A stretch of DNA of 64,000 nt from Microcoleus sp. (GTDB taxonomy: Bacteria > Cyanobacteriota > Cyanobacteriia > Cyanobacteriales > Microcoleaceae): positions 5,280,001 through 5,344,000 of the forward strand of contig CP181291.1 in NCBI GenBank assembly GCA_052279835.1, given 5' to 3'. Below the pieces are notes generated by a model. It was not told the DNA's origin. It was given only the letters and a program-made list of their open reading frames with translations, and searched no databases. A program made the translations under genes and the position numbers. How positions within the stretch are numbered: position 1 is the first letter of the stretch; each line of letters starts with the position of its first letter. Below are positions 52,125 to 62,900 of this stretch, piece by piece.

Positions 52125-52505
52125 ATGCCTTTATTAAAAGACTCCAACTTCCACCTACCATACAACCCAAAACTCATCCCCATCGCCAAACAACTGCGGA
52201 AAAATCCAACTCCATCCGAAAAAAAACTGTGGCAGGATTTTCTAAGAAATTTCCCTTTGCGAGTTCTGAGACAGCGCCCGATCGACAATTTTATCGTAGA
52301 CTTTTACTGTGCGGCTTTACAGTTAGTAATTGAGATTGATGGGGAGAGTCATTTTACCGAACAAGGGAAACTATATGATGCAGAAAAAACCGGGATTTTA
52401 GAGGGGTATGGATTGAAGGTTGTCAGGTTTACGAATGTTGGGGTGTTGCAGAGTTTTGAGGGGGTTTGTGGGGAGTTGTTGGGTTCGATCGAGGGTGATT
52501 TTTGA
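52125..52505 (+). CDS. DUF559 / Vsr-like endonuclease
   Basis: AKQLRKNPTPSEKKLW, RQRPIDNFIVDFYC..L.LVIEIDGESH, YD....L..YGLKVVRFTN. Confidence 0.92.
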   Translation: MPLLKDSNFHLPYNPKLIPIAKQLRKNPTPSEKKLWQDFLRNFPLRVLRQRPIDNFIVDFYCAALQLVIEIDGESHFTEQGKLYDAEKTGILEGYGLKVVRFTNVGVLQSFEGVCGELLGSIEGDF

Positions 52506-52510
52506 GGCTA

Positions 52511-52545
52511 GATCCCCCCTAGCCCCCCTTAAGAAGGGGGGGACA
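52511..52545 (+). repeat. Family-P repeat, right flank of DUF559
   Basis: GATCCCCCCTAGCCCCCCTTAAGAAGGGGGGGACA. Confidence 0.9.
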
Positions 52546-52668
52546 TGAAGGGAGGAGAGTTGAATGGGTGGCTGGATGCGATCGGGGCGATCGGATAAAA
52601 TATTAGGCAACATAATTTAATTGTACTATGGAAAAGTTGACTCAATATCGATCAATCGCGCGATTCGT

Positions 52669-52742
52669 AAAAAGAGCGATCGACCTTTCCATGCCAAAAG
52701 AGCGATCGCCCTTCCCATCCCCAAAAGAGCGATCGCCCTTCT
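52669..52742 (+). repeat. HIP1-containing ~26-bp tandem repeat x3
   Basis: AAAAGAGCGATCG(A/C)CCTT...CC x3 directly downstream of the 1909-aa gene. Confidence 0.75.
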
Positions 52743-52746
52743 CAAA

Positions 52747-55700
52747 CTAAACTGTTTTAAAAGCAGCTAATTCACTATCTTTCACTTCTTGAACCCATAA
52801 GCCCATTGGTTCTACCCAGTTTTCCAAAACCGCAACTGGAATAGGAGGAAAACTTACCACACCTATTGGATTAACATAGATTGATGGTGGATACAAGTTA
52901 AAGTTAAAAGAAAATTTCTCATTTACGTTAACTGAACCTGTTTCTACTTCAGGAGAACGATTTTCACTTTTGGTGTCTCTCGCTCTTTGATCGTAACTTT
53001 TTTCCTCTTCGCCTATTCGGTACAAAGTAGTCAATATTTCTGGCTTATCATAGATTTTGAATCCTTGAGAATCATAAGCTTTTGCTGCACGTCTCATTTC
53101 CTTGGCAATTAAATCAATAGCAGTGGGTGCTAATGCCAAAATTTTTGCCAAGTCTTCATTACTTGGATTTTTTCCTTCTTCAGCCAAAATCTTGCGAGCT
53201 GTTTTGGTGTGAACCTTACCCCACCCCGTTCCGTTAAAAATTCCAAAATCACCTCTTTGTTGAACCAAACCATAGACGTAAAGATCAAAGGCTCTACTTG
53301 GCTGGTTTTTTTCGTATTCCCACCTAATAGCACCAGCAATTGCACGCCCATCAATCCCATAGTAGGCAGCCGCAGATCGCAGAAAGGTTTTATATTTTGC
53401 AAGCATTTCTTCGGCAGTCATATTCCAAGTAGTTGATGCAGCTACAAAGCTTTTGTCGATTAATAATAATTCCTGACTCACCTGCTTAATGTACAAATCC
53501 TCATAATCTATAGAATCTGAAGGAATGTTTTGTATGTGAATGTCTGGCCCGTAAATATCTATATCTTTATCGGGTATCCTTGCCTTCAATTGATAAGTCC
53601 CTTCTGAAATATTAACGGGAACTTTTAAACTGCCTACAAAATTATCACCATCAATGGTAATCTCACCAAAAAGTAGGTTGTCACCCAGATATATTTTCAC
53701 AATTTCAGTTTCTATGTCTCGACTTTTACCTTTGATTGTGATTGAGCCTCCCGGAGTTAATATTGTATCTCGATCTAAGCTGTCTGCTGCACTGGTAATC
53801 TCAATATATGGAAATGTCCCAGAGTTAGATGAATTGGAAAAATTATTGTTAGTTGCCACACTATTTTTAGAATTATTGCTGCTTCCAGTTCCTAGAGAAC
53901 CCAGCTTAGTTAAGCCTAGAGCTTTAGCTTCGAGAAAGACGTTCAAAGGGTTAAGAGTTTGGCTTTTAACACTTGCTTTAACGGATGCTACATCAGTTTC
54001 ACTGGGTTCCTGACCCTTCGGATTAATCCAGTTAGCTTTTTGTCCTTCTCGCACATCAAAATGTAAATGTCCATCAGTTATTGCGCCTAGCTTTTGGCCG
54101 GCTGAAATCTTTTGACCTTTAGAGACAGTTATATCCACCACATGAGCATAGTAGATGGTTTTATTCAGTTGTTTATTGTAAACATAAACTCCGATAGGCT
54201 TTCCGTTACTGTATGAAATTTCCTCTACAGTTCCTTCAGTTAGTGCAGAAACAGTATTTCCGTTTGATGTACCAATATCAAAACCAGTATGGAAAGCTTT
54301 ATAGCCCCCATAGTACAAATTACTATTATCATTTTTGAGATTTGAGTAGTCTTGTAAGTAACCTCCAGTTGCAGTAAAATACACTTTATTGCCTAACATC
54401 AGTTCTGCCATATCTTTAAAATCTTGCAACTGATTCAATTCTGTGTACAAATCTGTTTGACTGTCACTGTAAGAATAGCCCGTGTAAGCAGGGATCAGTA
54501 TTTTCTTCTCAGCATTAACTGCCAAACTGTAATTTGTTCCTTGTTTACCAAGCCTCTCGTCTGGAAAAAGTTTTAAATAATATGTTCCTTTGTCCAATTC
54601 AACACTAACGCGCTTGTCAAGATCGGGTTTTTCATAGTCAAGCGCACTAAAGTCGATCGACTTACTAGGATTCGCAGCATTAAATAGCTGGATGTGGGTA
54701 GGCGCACTTAATCCCCGTAGCCCAAACGTCATCACATTGCGCTCATCAAGTGTAAATTTATAAAAATCAGCGCCATCCACATTGCCATTTAGATACCCTA
54801 CAAATTCCTGCAACTTGTAGTCTTCATCATTATCTGCTTTGTTAGGCTGTCCATCCTTAATAACCCCCAAATCCCGCGCACTTGCCCAATCATTCCCACC
54901 TTGATTCGGGTTAATTACCAAATTGTAATTAGTCATCATCCCCGGACTAGGAGCAACAGTCAGATAATAAGACTTACCCGGTTGCAAATAAGCAGCCGCA
55001 TAATTTTCGCCACTATCTTTCTTAGCATTCAAGAAAGTCACATCTTTCCCAGACTCATCCTGAAGCCTCATGTTAGCCGCTAACATATTCGCTTCCGCAT
55101 CACCCGCAGGCGGTTTCAGCGCCAGATGAACTAGCCCATAATCGCCCACTTGGAACTTATAAACATCACTACTATCCCCCTTATCAGCCCCTACAAAATC
55201 AGAGAACTGATAATCACTTAATTGAGCAATATCCGTCAACATACCGAGGTCACGAGTTTGGTTCCAATCTTCACCAGCTTGGTCAAGATTCATCACCAAA
55301 TCATACTTAGCCGCTTGAGTCGATGAATTTGGCAAATACACCCGCACTAAATAATTGCCCGGTTGTACGTTGGCATAATCTTTGTACTCCGATTCCGTCC
55401 CCGAACGATTGGAACCATCCACCGGAGAAATCATGGTACTATTCACAATGCCACTGCCATTATCCCGCAGCAATTCCACATTCGCATCCGCACTCAAATT
55501 CTTCAGCGCTAAGTGCAACTCTTCAGCAGGTGCGTCAATATTCAAGCGGTAGTAAGCTTCCCGATTTTTGCCGCCAACATAGCGGTCTTTATACTCGTGG
55601 CGACCTGTGTAAGTCCCTAAATCCTCTGCCATTTGCATGGTGAGAGTGTAATTAGTATTAGTATTATTAGCAGGATTCACCCGCAGATAATAACTTCCCG

Positions 55701-58476
55701 GCTGGAGTTTTTTCGCTCCTACCTTGCCAGAAAGCGAATCGAGACTGACGACATTGCCGTTACTATCTAATAACTCAACATTCGCATCAGCACCCGCCTC
55801 TAAATCAGATAAACTGAAATGCAACAGGCTCGGATGCTCCACAGAAAAGCTATAGTAATCCCCTAAACCATCGCCCTTATTCCCCACAAAATCGCGGAAC
55901 TGGCGGCGACCTTTAATTGCTCCTAATGGTCGGGCGGTTCCTAAACTTTCCTGTGCTGAATCAAGGTTGAGCGTTAGCCCGTAATTGAGATTATCTTTAG
56001 CAGGTTTTACTCGCACATAATAAGTAGTGCCATTTAAGTAAGATAATCCCGGTTGACCGTTAGGTTGCCAAACTTGAGACAAAGGCACGCGCTTCATCTG
56101 ATCATCTAAAATCTCAATTGTCGCATCCGTCAACGGAATATCAATTCCATTAGACCTAAGAGCAAACAGCAAATCGTGGGGATATAAATCGCCCAAATTT
56201 TCCACGGTAAACTTATAGTAATCCTGGCGCTTGGAGAAACCAACATACTGACCGTATTCTTTGCGACCGTATTGCATCCCCAAATCGTGCAGCCGCACCT
56301 CAACAGGTGTCACATTAGTAGCAGATGAATTGCCAGACCCAGTTTGATAAGCAACAGCGTGGATACCATTCCAGACCACATAACCGCCATCAAAATACTG
56401 AATCGCCGCTACCCGACTATTTAATAAAGTATTCCAATCAATTTGAACACCATTGAGAGGATTACCCAACCAAGATTTATTTTGAATGTAAGCCAGGGCG
56501 ATCGCTTGTCGAGCATTCTCTTCCGCCTCTAGCCTGCGGCGTTGTGCGGCTTCGGCGGCCGCTTTTGCTGCTGCTTCTGCTGCTGCTTTTGCCGTTGCTT
56601 CGGCGGCCGCTTTTGCTGCCGCTTCTGCTTGCTGTTTTTTCAATAACTCAGCTTTCGCCTGTTCTTCCGCAATCTTCTGCCAATCCACAGGCGGCGGTTG
56701 AACGATAACGGTGTCTTGCGATCCACCAGGATTCGTAAATACTGGAGGTTGATATATCACAGGTCTGGGCAGCCAGATTGACTCATCTAGTACAGAGATA
56801 TTGTTATTTTCGTTAAAATTCAGTGTCAGTTTATAGGGATCGATTTCATAGCGCGAACCCTTATCAACGTGCAAGTGATAGTTACCAGGATATAACGTAA
56901 CACTCCTGTAACTACTATTGCGATCGGGTTGACTTACAGCGATTGGATTGCCATTTGCAGAATACAAAGATACTTGAGCTTCTAGTAACTCACTACCCAA
57001 ACCATCCTTCAAGGAGAACTGTAGCAATTTGGGGCTAGTCACCGTGAAATCAAAACGATCCATCCGATTGGAATTATTCAGCCAACCGTAATAGTATCGC
57101 CGTCCCGAAGGATTCTGAACTTGATGCACCTGTACCGCCCGTTCTTGTGGCGTTACTTGTCCTTGCTTACTCCAAGTTGTGAGATTCAAGAAATCTTCAG
57201 GATTATAAACTTCCGGCGTTGTCTGCTTCGCCTTCTCCACCGCCGCCAACACATCCAACAACCCAAAACCCGTGTCATCATCCCAACCGGGCGCGCCCAA
57301 ATCCTTCGCCGTCTTCTCCAAAATCTCAATCACTTGACGGTAACTCAAATCGGGATTCGCGGCCCACACCAACGAAGCCGCCCCCGCTACCTTCGCCGTC
57401 GCTACCGAAGTCCCGGTCATCGTCCCCACGCCATCTCCCACCGTTGACCATTCTGGGTTATCGGGAGTCCCACCTTCAGCCAAAATATCCAAACCCCGGC
57501 CAAAACTAGAATAAACAGCCCGGTTATTTCCGTCAGCCGACCCCACTGTCAAAATATTGTCAAACTCCTGAGAAGCTTGACCCAAAACCGACATCACACC
57601 GCCGTCGTTACCCGCCGCCACTACCAGCATTACCCCATTTTGCCGCGCATATTCGATCGCACTTCTTTCTGGCGGAGTCAACTCATAGCGCGTTGTCACA
57701 ATCCCGTCAGCATTCTTCTGAGTCAAATCCAAACTGAGATTCGCGATCGCATTTTTCTGTCCAGAAGCCTTCGCAGCATCCACAAACTCTACCAAAGAAT
57801 CCGCCCATCTCCCAGAATCGATCGCCCTTCCCACCCACTTCGGCGCAGTCTTATTAATTGCATCCACAATCCCCAACATAAAAGTACCGTGCTCGCTACC
57901 TTCCCCAGGCTTCAGCAACGGATTGTCATCCCCGCCCACATAATCGCGGCCCTTCTTAATATTCGCGTAATTCAAATAAGGACTATCCGCACTCACACCA
58001 GTATCAATACTTCCCACCAACGGCTGAGAAGCTAAAGGAAAATTCAGCAATTGACGGATTGCATTCGGATTCTTAGGATTCGGCGAATGCGGATCGATGG
58101 GAATTACAGCAACCGGCAAAGTCTCAAAGGCACCACCCGGATTGTAAGGAGTTTGAGTGGCAATCCCATCATGGTAGAGACCCAGCGGGTCGAAATCAAT
58201 CAGCGGTGGTAAATTATTGGTTGGTGCATCAGGGGCGATCGGGCAAACACCGCTATCAGCCAAGAAATTAGGTAAATGCAAATCGGGAAGCGCCAAAGAA
58301 CCCAATAACTGATGTAAATAGTCAAACTCGTGATCCCAATCTCCAATACTCGCACTCGGAGTCACGATTTTTTCTAAGATAAAACTTTTCCGTCGTTTCC
58401 GACTCTTTGTTTTAGTGGAATCCCCAAAACCTTTACCTTGTTTGCCTTTTTTACCACCAAAATTTAGCCAACCCAT
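52747..58476 (-). CDS. Giant multidomain hydrolase: S8 subtilase, PPC-like repeats, M23 peptidase and putative lysozyme-like C-terminus
   Basis: IDTG/HGT/AAGND/GTS (S8); repeated D.G....FVG....DYYKF beta-sandwich units; HTGFD..YAH..HLH (M23); [28 protein letters not shown] (lysozyme-like, weaker). Confidence 0.85.
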   Translation of the reverse strand: MGWLNFGGKKGKQGKGFGDSTKTKSRKRRKSFILEKIVTPSASIGDWDHEFDYLHQLLGSLALPDLHLPNFLADSGVCPIAPDAPTNNLPPLIDFDPLGLYHDGIATQTPYNPGGAFETLPVAVIPIDPHSPNPKNPNAIRQLLNFPLASQPLVGSIDTGVSADSPYLNYANIKKGRDYVGGDDNPLLKPGEGSEHGTFMLGIVDAINKTAPKWVGRAIDSGRWADSLVEFVDAAKASGQKNAIANLSLDLTQKNADGIVTTRYELTPPERSAIEYARQNGVMLVVAAGNDGGVMSVLGQASQEFDNILTVGSADGNNRAVYSSFGRGLDILAEGGTPDNPEWSTVGDGVGTMTGTSVATAKVAGAASLVWAANPDLSYRQVIEILEKTAKDLGAPGWDDDTGFGLLDVLAAVEKAKQTTPEVYNPEDFLNLTTWSKQGQVTPQERAVQVHQVQNPSGRRYYYGWLNNSNRMDRFDFTVTSPKLLQFSLKDGLGSELLEAQVSLYSANGNPIAVSQPDRNSSYRSVTLYPGNYHLHVDKGSRYEIDPYKLTLNFNENNNISVLDESIWLPRPVIYQPPVFTNPGGSQDTVIVQPPPVDWQKIAEEQAKAELLKKQQAEAAAKAAAEATAKAAAEAAAKAAAEAAQRRRLEAEENARQAIALAYIQNKSWLGNPLNGVQIDWNTLLNSRVAAIQYFDGGYVVWNGIHAVAYQTGSGNSSATNVTPVEVRLHDLGMQYGRKEYGQYVGFSKRQDYYKFTVENLGDLYPHDLLFALRSNGIDIPLTDATIEILDDQMKRVPLSQVWQPNGQPGLSYLNGTTYYVRVKPAKDNLNYGLTLNLDSAQESLGTARPLGAIKGRRQFRDFVGNKGDGLGDYYSFSVEHPSLLHFSLSDLEAGADANVELLDSNGNVVSLDSLSGKVGAKKLQPGSYYLRVNPANNTNTNYTLTMQMAEDLGTYTGRHEYKDRYVGGKNREAYYRLNIDAPAEELHLALKNLSADANVELLRDNGSGIVNSTMISPVDGSNRSGTESEYKDYANVQPGNYLVRVYLPNSSTQAAKYDLVMNLDQAGEDWNQTRDLGMLTDIAQLSDYQFSDFVGADKGDSSDVYKFQVGDYGLVHLALKPPAGDAEANMLAANMRLQDESGKDVTFLNAKKDSGENYAAAYLQPGKSYYLTVAPSPGMMTNYNLVINPNQGGNDWASARDLGVIKDGQPNKADNDEDYKLQEFVGYLNGNVDGADFYKFTLDERNVMTFGLRGLSAPTHIQLFNAANPSKSIDFSALDYEKPDLDKRVSVELDKGTYYLKLFPDERLGKQGTNYSLAVNAEKKILIPAYTGYSYSDSQTDLYTELNQLQDFKDMAELMLGNKVYFTATGGYLQDYSNLKNDNSNLYYGGYKAFHTGFDIGTSNGNTVSALTEGTVEEISYSNGKPIGVYVYNKQLNKTIYYAHVVDITVSKGQKISAGQKLGAITDGHLHFDVREGQKANWINPKGQEPSETDVASVKASVKSQTLNPLNVFLEAKALGLTKLGSLGTGSSNNSKNSVATNNNFSNSSNSGTFPYIEITSAADSLDRDTILTPGGSITIKGKSRDIETEIVKIYLGDNLLFGEITIDGDNFVGSLKVPVNISEGTYQLKARIPDKDIDIYGPDIHIQNIPSDSIDYEDLYIKQVSQELLLIDKSFVAASTTWNMTAEEMLAKYKTFLRSAAAYYGIDGRAIAGAIRWEYEKNQPSRAFDLYVYGLVQQRGDFGIFNGTGWGKVHTKTARKILAEEGKNPSNEDLAKILALAPTAIDLIAKEMRRAAKAYDSQGFKIYDKPEILTTLYRIGEEEKSYDQRARDTKSENRSPEVETGSVNVNEKFSFNFNLYPPSIYVNPIGVVSFPPIPVAVLENWVEPMGLWVQEVKDSELAAFKTV

Positions 58477-59126
58477 AACTTTTGCACCCTGATGAATATG
58501 AATTCGATCGCACGAACTTAATTAAATGCCTTCAGACACTCAACCAAAATCCTTTGTTGACAATGATTTTTTACTAATCGTCAAAAATTTCTGTTTATTT
58601 GAGAAATTAAGCAAATTCAACAAATTTCCTGCATTGGCGATCGGCAAAAACTTTGTTACTGCTTAATTTCCCTGATTTCTTGCTTCTTCACAGGGTCATT
58701 GTATACCAAAAATATTTAGGCGATCGTAAAGTTTCTGTAAAGTTTTGGGGAGAGCAATCCCCTCATTAATCTGAAGTATTTACCACACAAGGCTTCCATC
58801 TAATTACAACTGAAAAAAGTGTAAAAAAAATTAACTATTTCAGAATTAACACTTGCTTGTTTTCTGATTTATGATAACATGAACACCAAGGTGAAATTTG
58901 GATTAAAGTCTAAAGCCGAAACAAATATCACCAAAGCTTCTTCACAAAATGTTTCAATACTTCCCTGCTTCATTGAAACGGGCTGAAATTCTCATTGATA
59001 AATACCGTTTTCAGGGAAAATTAGGGTTGATCGAAATACTCAAAAACCTAGCGGAGAAAACTGAAAAATATAAATTTGCGATCGATTCAAGACAATTCAA
59101 TAAAAACACCCACTTTGACTGACTTC

Positions 59127-59348
59127 TCTTGTCCCCCCCTTATTAAGGGGGGCTAGGGGGGATCGAGTTTCCGCCTAAAACTCACTGTCTCTGTGCTTGA
59201 TCCGAAAGTCCCGATCCCCCTAAATCCCCCTTCTTAAGAGGGACTTTGAGTGAAATCTGTTGTTCTCCCGGATGTTTTAGGAGACGAGTGAAACTCTTGT
59301 CCCTCCCTTCTTAAGGGGGGTTAGGGGGGATCGAGTTTCCGCCTAAAA
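59127..59348. repeat. Cluster of three family-P repeats in alternating orientation
   Basis: 59127-59180 and 59295-59348 are direct copies (TCTTGTCCC...GGGGGGATCGAGTTTCCGCCTAAAA); 59213-59249 is inverted. Confidence 0.85.
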
Positions 59349-59392
59349 TGCGTAATTCCCTCTTCCATCTTCCATCTTCCTTCTCCCAAACC

Positions 59393-60421
59393 ATGCAACT
59401 CAAATCAGCGGTGCAGTGGATATCTCATCCCGACGGTCATTGGATACTTCGCAATCCCGAAGACATTACCTGTCTGCAAATTGACAACTTTGATAAACAG
59501 GTAATTTTGCTACTAAATCAACAGCCACTAACTAACATTCTCGCCGAATACGACCTAGATTTAGAATCTGTGCAAAATCTCTTAAAAGACTTAGCACAAG
59601 CAGGAATGCTAGAAGGAACCAAGCCGCCAAAAGCCAAATTCAATCTGCTATCCTTCACAATTCCCCTAGTCAATCCCGATGTTTGGCTATCGCGGCACAT
59701 CAACAAATTGCGCTGGATTTGGACCTGGCAATTTGGCTTTTTTCTGTGCGCTTTCATCTCTTCTTCAGTAGCAGTGTGGTTTGCTTCCTCTAACGAAGTC
59801 GCTACTTCGCATCAACAGTTATTGACAGCCGGAAAAATTGAAAATATAATCCAAGTTTCCTTGCTGACAATGCTAGTAATAGCATTCCATGAACTCGGTC
59901 ATGCTTTCACCCTAAAAAACTACGGTGGCATAGTTAAAGAAATTGGATTGTTGTTTATGTGTCTCATCCCCGGATGCTATACAGATACAACCGACCAATA
60001 CAGTTTAGTCCGGCGGAAACAGCGAGTTTTAGTAGTAGGGGCAGGAGTATTGATTCAAGTAACAATTTGGGCAATTGCGGTTTGGATGTGGCTGTTTTCT
60101 CAGTCCAATCCGGTTTGGCATCAAATTAGTTATTTGTTGATGGTGGCGGCATTGCTGACAGTGGCAATTAACTTGAATCCCTTGAATAGATTTGACGGTT
60201 ATTATTTGTTAGTGGCTGCAACAGGGATTAACAATCTGCGACAAAGGTCTTTTGATTTTTATGTAGATTTGTTGCGGAGGGAGGAGATTGAGGAAGCAGT
60301 AGAAACCCGATGGGTTTTGGCGACCTATGCGCCTTTGAGTATAGTTTATACTGTTTGGGCTTTTAGTTACTTAATGTCTTTGATTGGAAATTGGGCTTTG
60401 TTAAATGTTCCGAGTTTTTAA
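59393..60421 (+). CDS. M50-family membrane metallopeptidase
   Basis: HELGH zinc motif, GAG, NLNPLNRFDGYY, multiple TM helices; ATG 59393 preferred because ATG 59348 abuts a repeat. Confidence 0.85.
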   Translation: MQLKSAVQWISHPDGHWILRNPEDITCLQIDNFDKQVILLLNQQPLTNILAEYDLDLESVQNLLKDLAQAGMLEGTKPPKAKFNLLSFTIPLVNPDVWLSRHINKLRWIWTWQFGFFLCAFISSSVAVWFASSNEVATSHQQLLTAGKIENIIQVSLLTMLVIAFHELGHAFTLKNYGGIVKEIGLLFMCLIPGCYTDTTDQYSLVRRKQRVLVVGAGVLIQVTIWAIAVWMWLFSQSNPVWHQISYLLMVAALLTVAINLNPLNRFDGYYLLVAATGINNLRQRSFDFYVDLLRREEIEEAVETRWVLATYAPLSIVYTVWAFSYLMSLIGNWALLNVPSF

Positions 60422-60472
60422 CCGCAGATGAACGCGGATGAAATGCAATGTGATTATTAGGGGTTTATCGAA

Positions 60473-61165
60473 ATGAATGTTTGTCAAAAGTTGGGAATTG
60501 TTGGTGGAAGTTTGAGTTTTGCAGTTGTCAGTCAATGTTTTACTGCACAAGCTGCTACTCTTACTCAAACTTATACTGTGGATATGGGTTCGCAGCCATT
60601 AAATAGCAGCACGAATGTGGTTTTGCCCAAGTTTAATTCAATGTTGGGAACGCTATTAAAAGCTTATGTTACGGTTAAGTCTACTGTTAATAATAGTGTG
60701 ACTCTTACTCCTTTGACTGGAGATTTTACAGGGACGGCGACGACGAATGCAAGCATTGCTGTGAATATTCCGCTGCTCAAAGTTGACCCTATTTTGACTT
60801 TGAGTGTGTTAGCAAGTCCGCCGGAAACTAAGATTGCTAATGGGGGTACGGGAACTGTTAGTGGTTCGGCTTCAGGTTCGGTGTTGAAAAGTTATGATTC
60901 CCAGCAGTCTTTGAGTGCTTTAAGTGGATGTGATGGTGATACTTTTATCGCTGGTTTGATGACTACGGGTTTGACTAAGATTCAGGGGAATCCTGTTATA
61001 GGTAGTTTTGGAGGTTTGGTGTCGGCTAATACTACACTCACTGGAGTTTATGAGTATGAACCTCATGCTAATGCTGCTGTACCGGAACCGATGACTGCTG
61101 TTGGTACGTTTCTGGCGGCTGGCATGGGTTTGTGGTGGAAGAGAAGGGCTTCAAAAAATATATAA
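60473..61165 (+). CDS. PEP-CTERM protein (choice-of-anchor E-like)
   Basis: Signal peptide AQA; LPKFNSMLGTL; C-terminal VPEPMT-TM-KRR. Confidence 0.85.
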   Translation: MNVCQKLGIVGGSLSFAVVSQCFTAQAATLTQTYTVDMGSQPLNSSTNVVLPKFNSMLGTLLKAYVTVKSTVNNSVTLTPLTGDFTGTATTNASIAVNIPLLKVDPILTLSVLASPPETKIANGGTGTVSGSASGSVLKSYDSQQSLSALSGCDGDTFIAGLMTTGLTKIQGNPVIGSFGGLVSANTTLTGVYEYEPHANAAVPEPMTAVGTFLAAGMGLWWKRRASKNI

Positions 61166-61486
61166 CATCGTGTCTGGCATACTTGTTTTTGGTGACGCAC
61201 CCTACAGCTTGTTGAGCTTTTTATGCAGATTCTGGGGTATTGTTACATAAGTTTATATTTGAGTTGCCCGATCGCCCTTCCCGTGCCATCTACATCAGTT
61301 AACAGAGGTGGCGATTTTGCTAAAAACTCTTGTGGGGTGCGCACTCCTAGCCCGCCGACAGATGCTATGTCAATGCAGAAAATCTCAGTAGCGCTGGGCT
61401 ATTGAAGAGGCTACAACCCCGATCGCCACAATCCATCGCCCCAGACAATCCCTTATCCCTTACAATAAACAGGCAATTATTATATT

Positions 61487-62626
61487 TTGAGTTATCCTGT
61501 GAGTCCTACTGCCGAAGTCAGCAATAACCTGAATGCGGGTGCTCTGCCAACTGTTACCGCCCCCCGCCGCGCTGTTTTTCCCTTTACTGCCATTGTCGGC
61601 CAAGAGGAGATGAAACTAGCACTGCTGTTGAATGTCATCGATCCGAAAATTGGTGGGGTGATGATCATGGGCGATCGCGGTACTGGCAAATCTACCACAA
61701 TCCGCGCCCTCGCGGACTTGCTGCCGGAAATTGAGGTGGTAGCAGACGATCCTTTTAACAGTCATCCCAGCGATCCAGATTTGATGAGTGATGAGGTGCG
61801 CGATTCCCTATGGGATAGCTCCGCTTCACGCACTTTATCTCAAACTGACATCAAAATCGCCCACAAAAAAGTCCAAATGGTAGATTTACCCTTGGGCGCG
61901 ACCGAAGACCGAGTTTGCGGTACGATCGACATTGAAAAAGCTCTCTCCGAAGGTGTGAAAGCTTTTGAACCGGGACTGTTAGCTAAAGCCAATCGTGGCA
62001 TCCTCTACGTCGATGAAGTCAATTTGCTCGACGATCATTTAGTCGATGTTTTGCTTGACTCCGCCGCTAGCGGTTGGAATACTGTAGAAAGAGAAGGCAT
62101 TTCGATTCGCCACCCAGCTAAGTTTATTCTAATTGGTTCCGGCAACCCAGAAGAAGGAGAATTGCGGCCCCAATTGCTCGATAGATTCGGAATGCACGCA
62201 GAAATTCGGACTGTAAAAGACCCGAATTTAAGAGTAGAAATTGTCGAACAGCGATCGAGTTTTGACCAAAATCCAGCGGAGTTTCTCTCTCAATATCAAC
62301 ACCAACAAGATGATATGCAACAGAAGTTGGTGGAAGCCCAAGAAAGGTTGAAGTCAGTAAAGCTCGATCGGGATTTGCGAGTAAAAATCTCCCAGGTTTG
62401 CGCCGAATTGGACGTAGACGGACTACGTGGCGATTTGGTCACAAACCGGGCCGCCAAAGCTTTGACCGCCTTAGAATGCCGCACAGAGGTCACAGTGGAC
62501 GATATTCGCCGGGTGATGACCCTGTGTTTGCGCCACCGATTGCGGAAAGATCCACTAGAATCAATTGATTCGGGTTCTAAAGTGACCAAAGTGTTCGATC
62601 GAGTATTCGGCCTAGAAACCAGTTGA
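61487..62626 (+). CDS. chlI: Magnesium chelatase ATPase subunit I
   Basis: [56 protein letters not shown]; exact start uncertain. Confidence 0.96.
   Translation: MSYPVSPTAEVSNNLNAGALPTVTAPRRAVFPFTAIVGQEEMKLALLLNVIDPKIGGVMIMGDRGTGKSTTIRALADLLPEIEVVADDPFNSHPSDPDLMSDEVRDSLWDSSASRTLSQTDIKIAHKKVQMVDLPLGATEDRVCGTIDIEKALSEGVKAFEPGLLAKANRGILYVDEVNLLDDHLVDVLLDSAASGWNTVEREGISIRHPAKFILIGSGNPEEGELRPQLLDRFGMHAEIRTVKDPNLRVEIVEQRSSFDQNPAEFLSQYQHQQDDMQQKLVEAQERLKSVKLDRDLRVKISQVCAELDVDGLRGDLVTNRAAKALTALECRTEVTVDDIRRVMTLCLRHRLRKDPLESIDSGSKVTKVFDRVFGLETS
61800..61831 (+). repeat. 24-nt small dispersed repeat inserted in-frame in a HIP1 site within chlI
   Basis: GCGAT-[TCCCTATGGGATAGCTCCGCTTCA]-CGC adds SLWDSSAS. 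Confidence 0.75.
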
Positions 62627-62660
62627 TAATCAAGACTTCAGCCCTAAAATTAGAACAACA

Positions 62661-62712
62661 TCTTAGTCCGCGAAGGCGGACTTTGTTTGTGTAGCCCCGA
62701 ATTATATTCGGT
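62661..62712 (+). repeat. AGTCCGCGAAGGCGGACT family repeat
   Basis: Matches 42145-42196. Confidence 0.75.
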
Positions 62713-62741
62713 GGGGTCAATCGATTTTAGATTGTAGATTT

Positions 62742-62848
62742 TATATCAAATCCGTTGACATCGGAATTATTAATCTCTCTCTTCTCTTCCTTCGCGTCCT
62801 TTGCGCCTTCGTGGTTAAATCACCTGACGATACAACCGGAATTGATAT
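62742..62848 (-). repeat. Family-T element lacking the internal hairpin insert
   Basis: TATATCAAATCC...CCTTCGCGTCCTTTGCGCCTTCGTGGTTAAATCACCTGACGATACAACCGGAATTGATAT. Confidence 0.8.
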
Positions 62849-62900
62849 TAGATTCCAGAATGCGACCCCACTGATAAATACGGGAGTTTATGATGAGGAT

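Noticed and set aside
59127..59348. CRISPR-like repeat-spacer pattern
   Set aside because: Only three copies in alternating orientation, and they belong to the dispersed family-P repeat
62811..62900. N-terminal extension of RuvC, and the related 24523-24723 ORF ending DTTGIDIR
   Set aside because: Both read through the family-T repeat and are not genuine coding sequence
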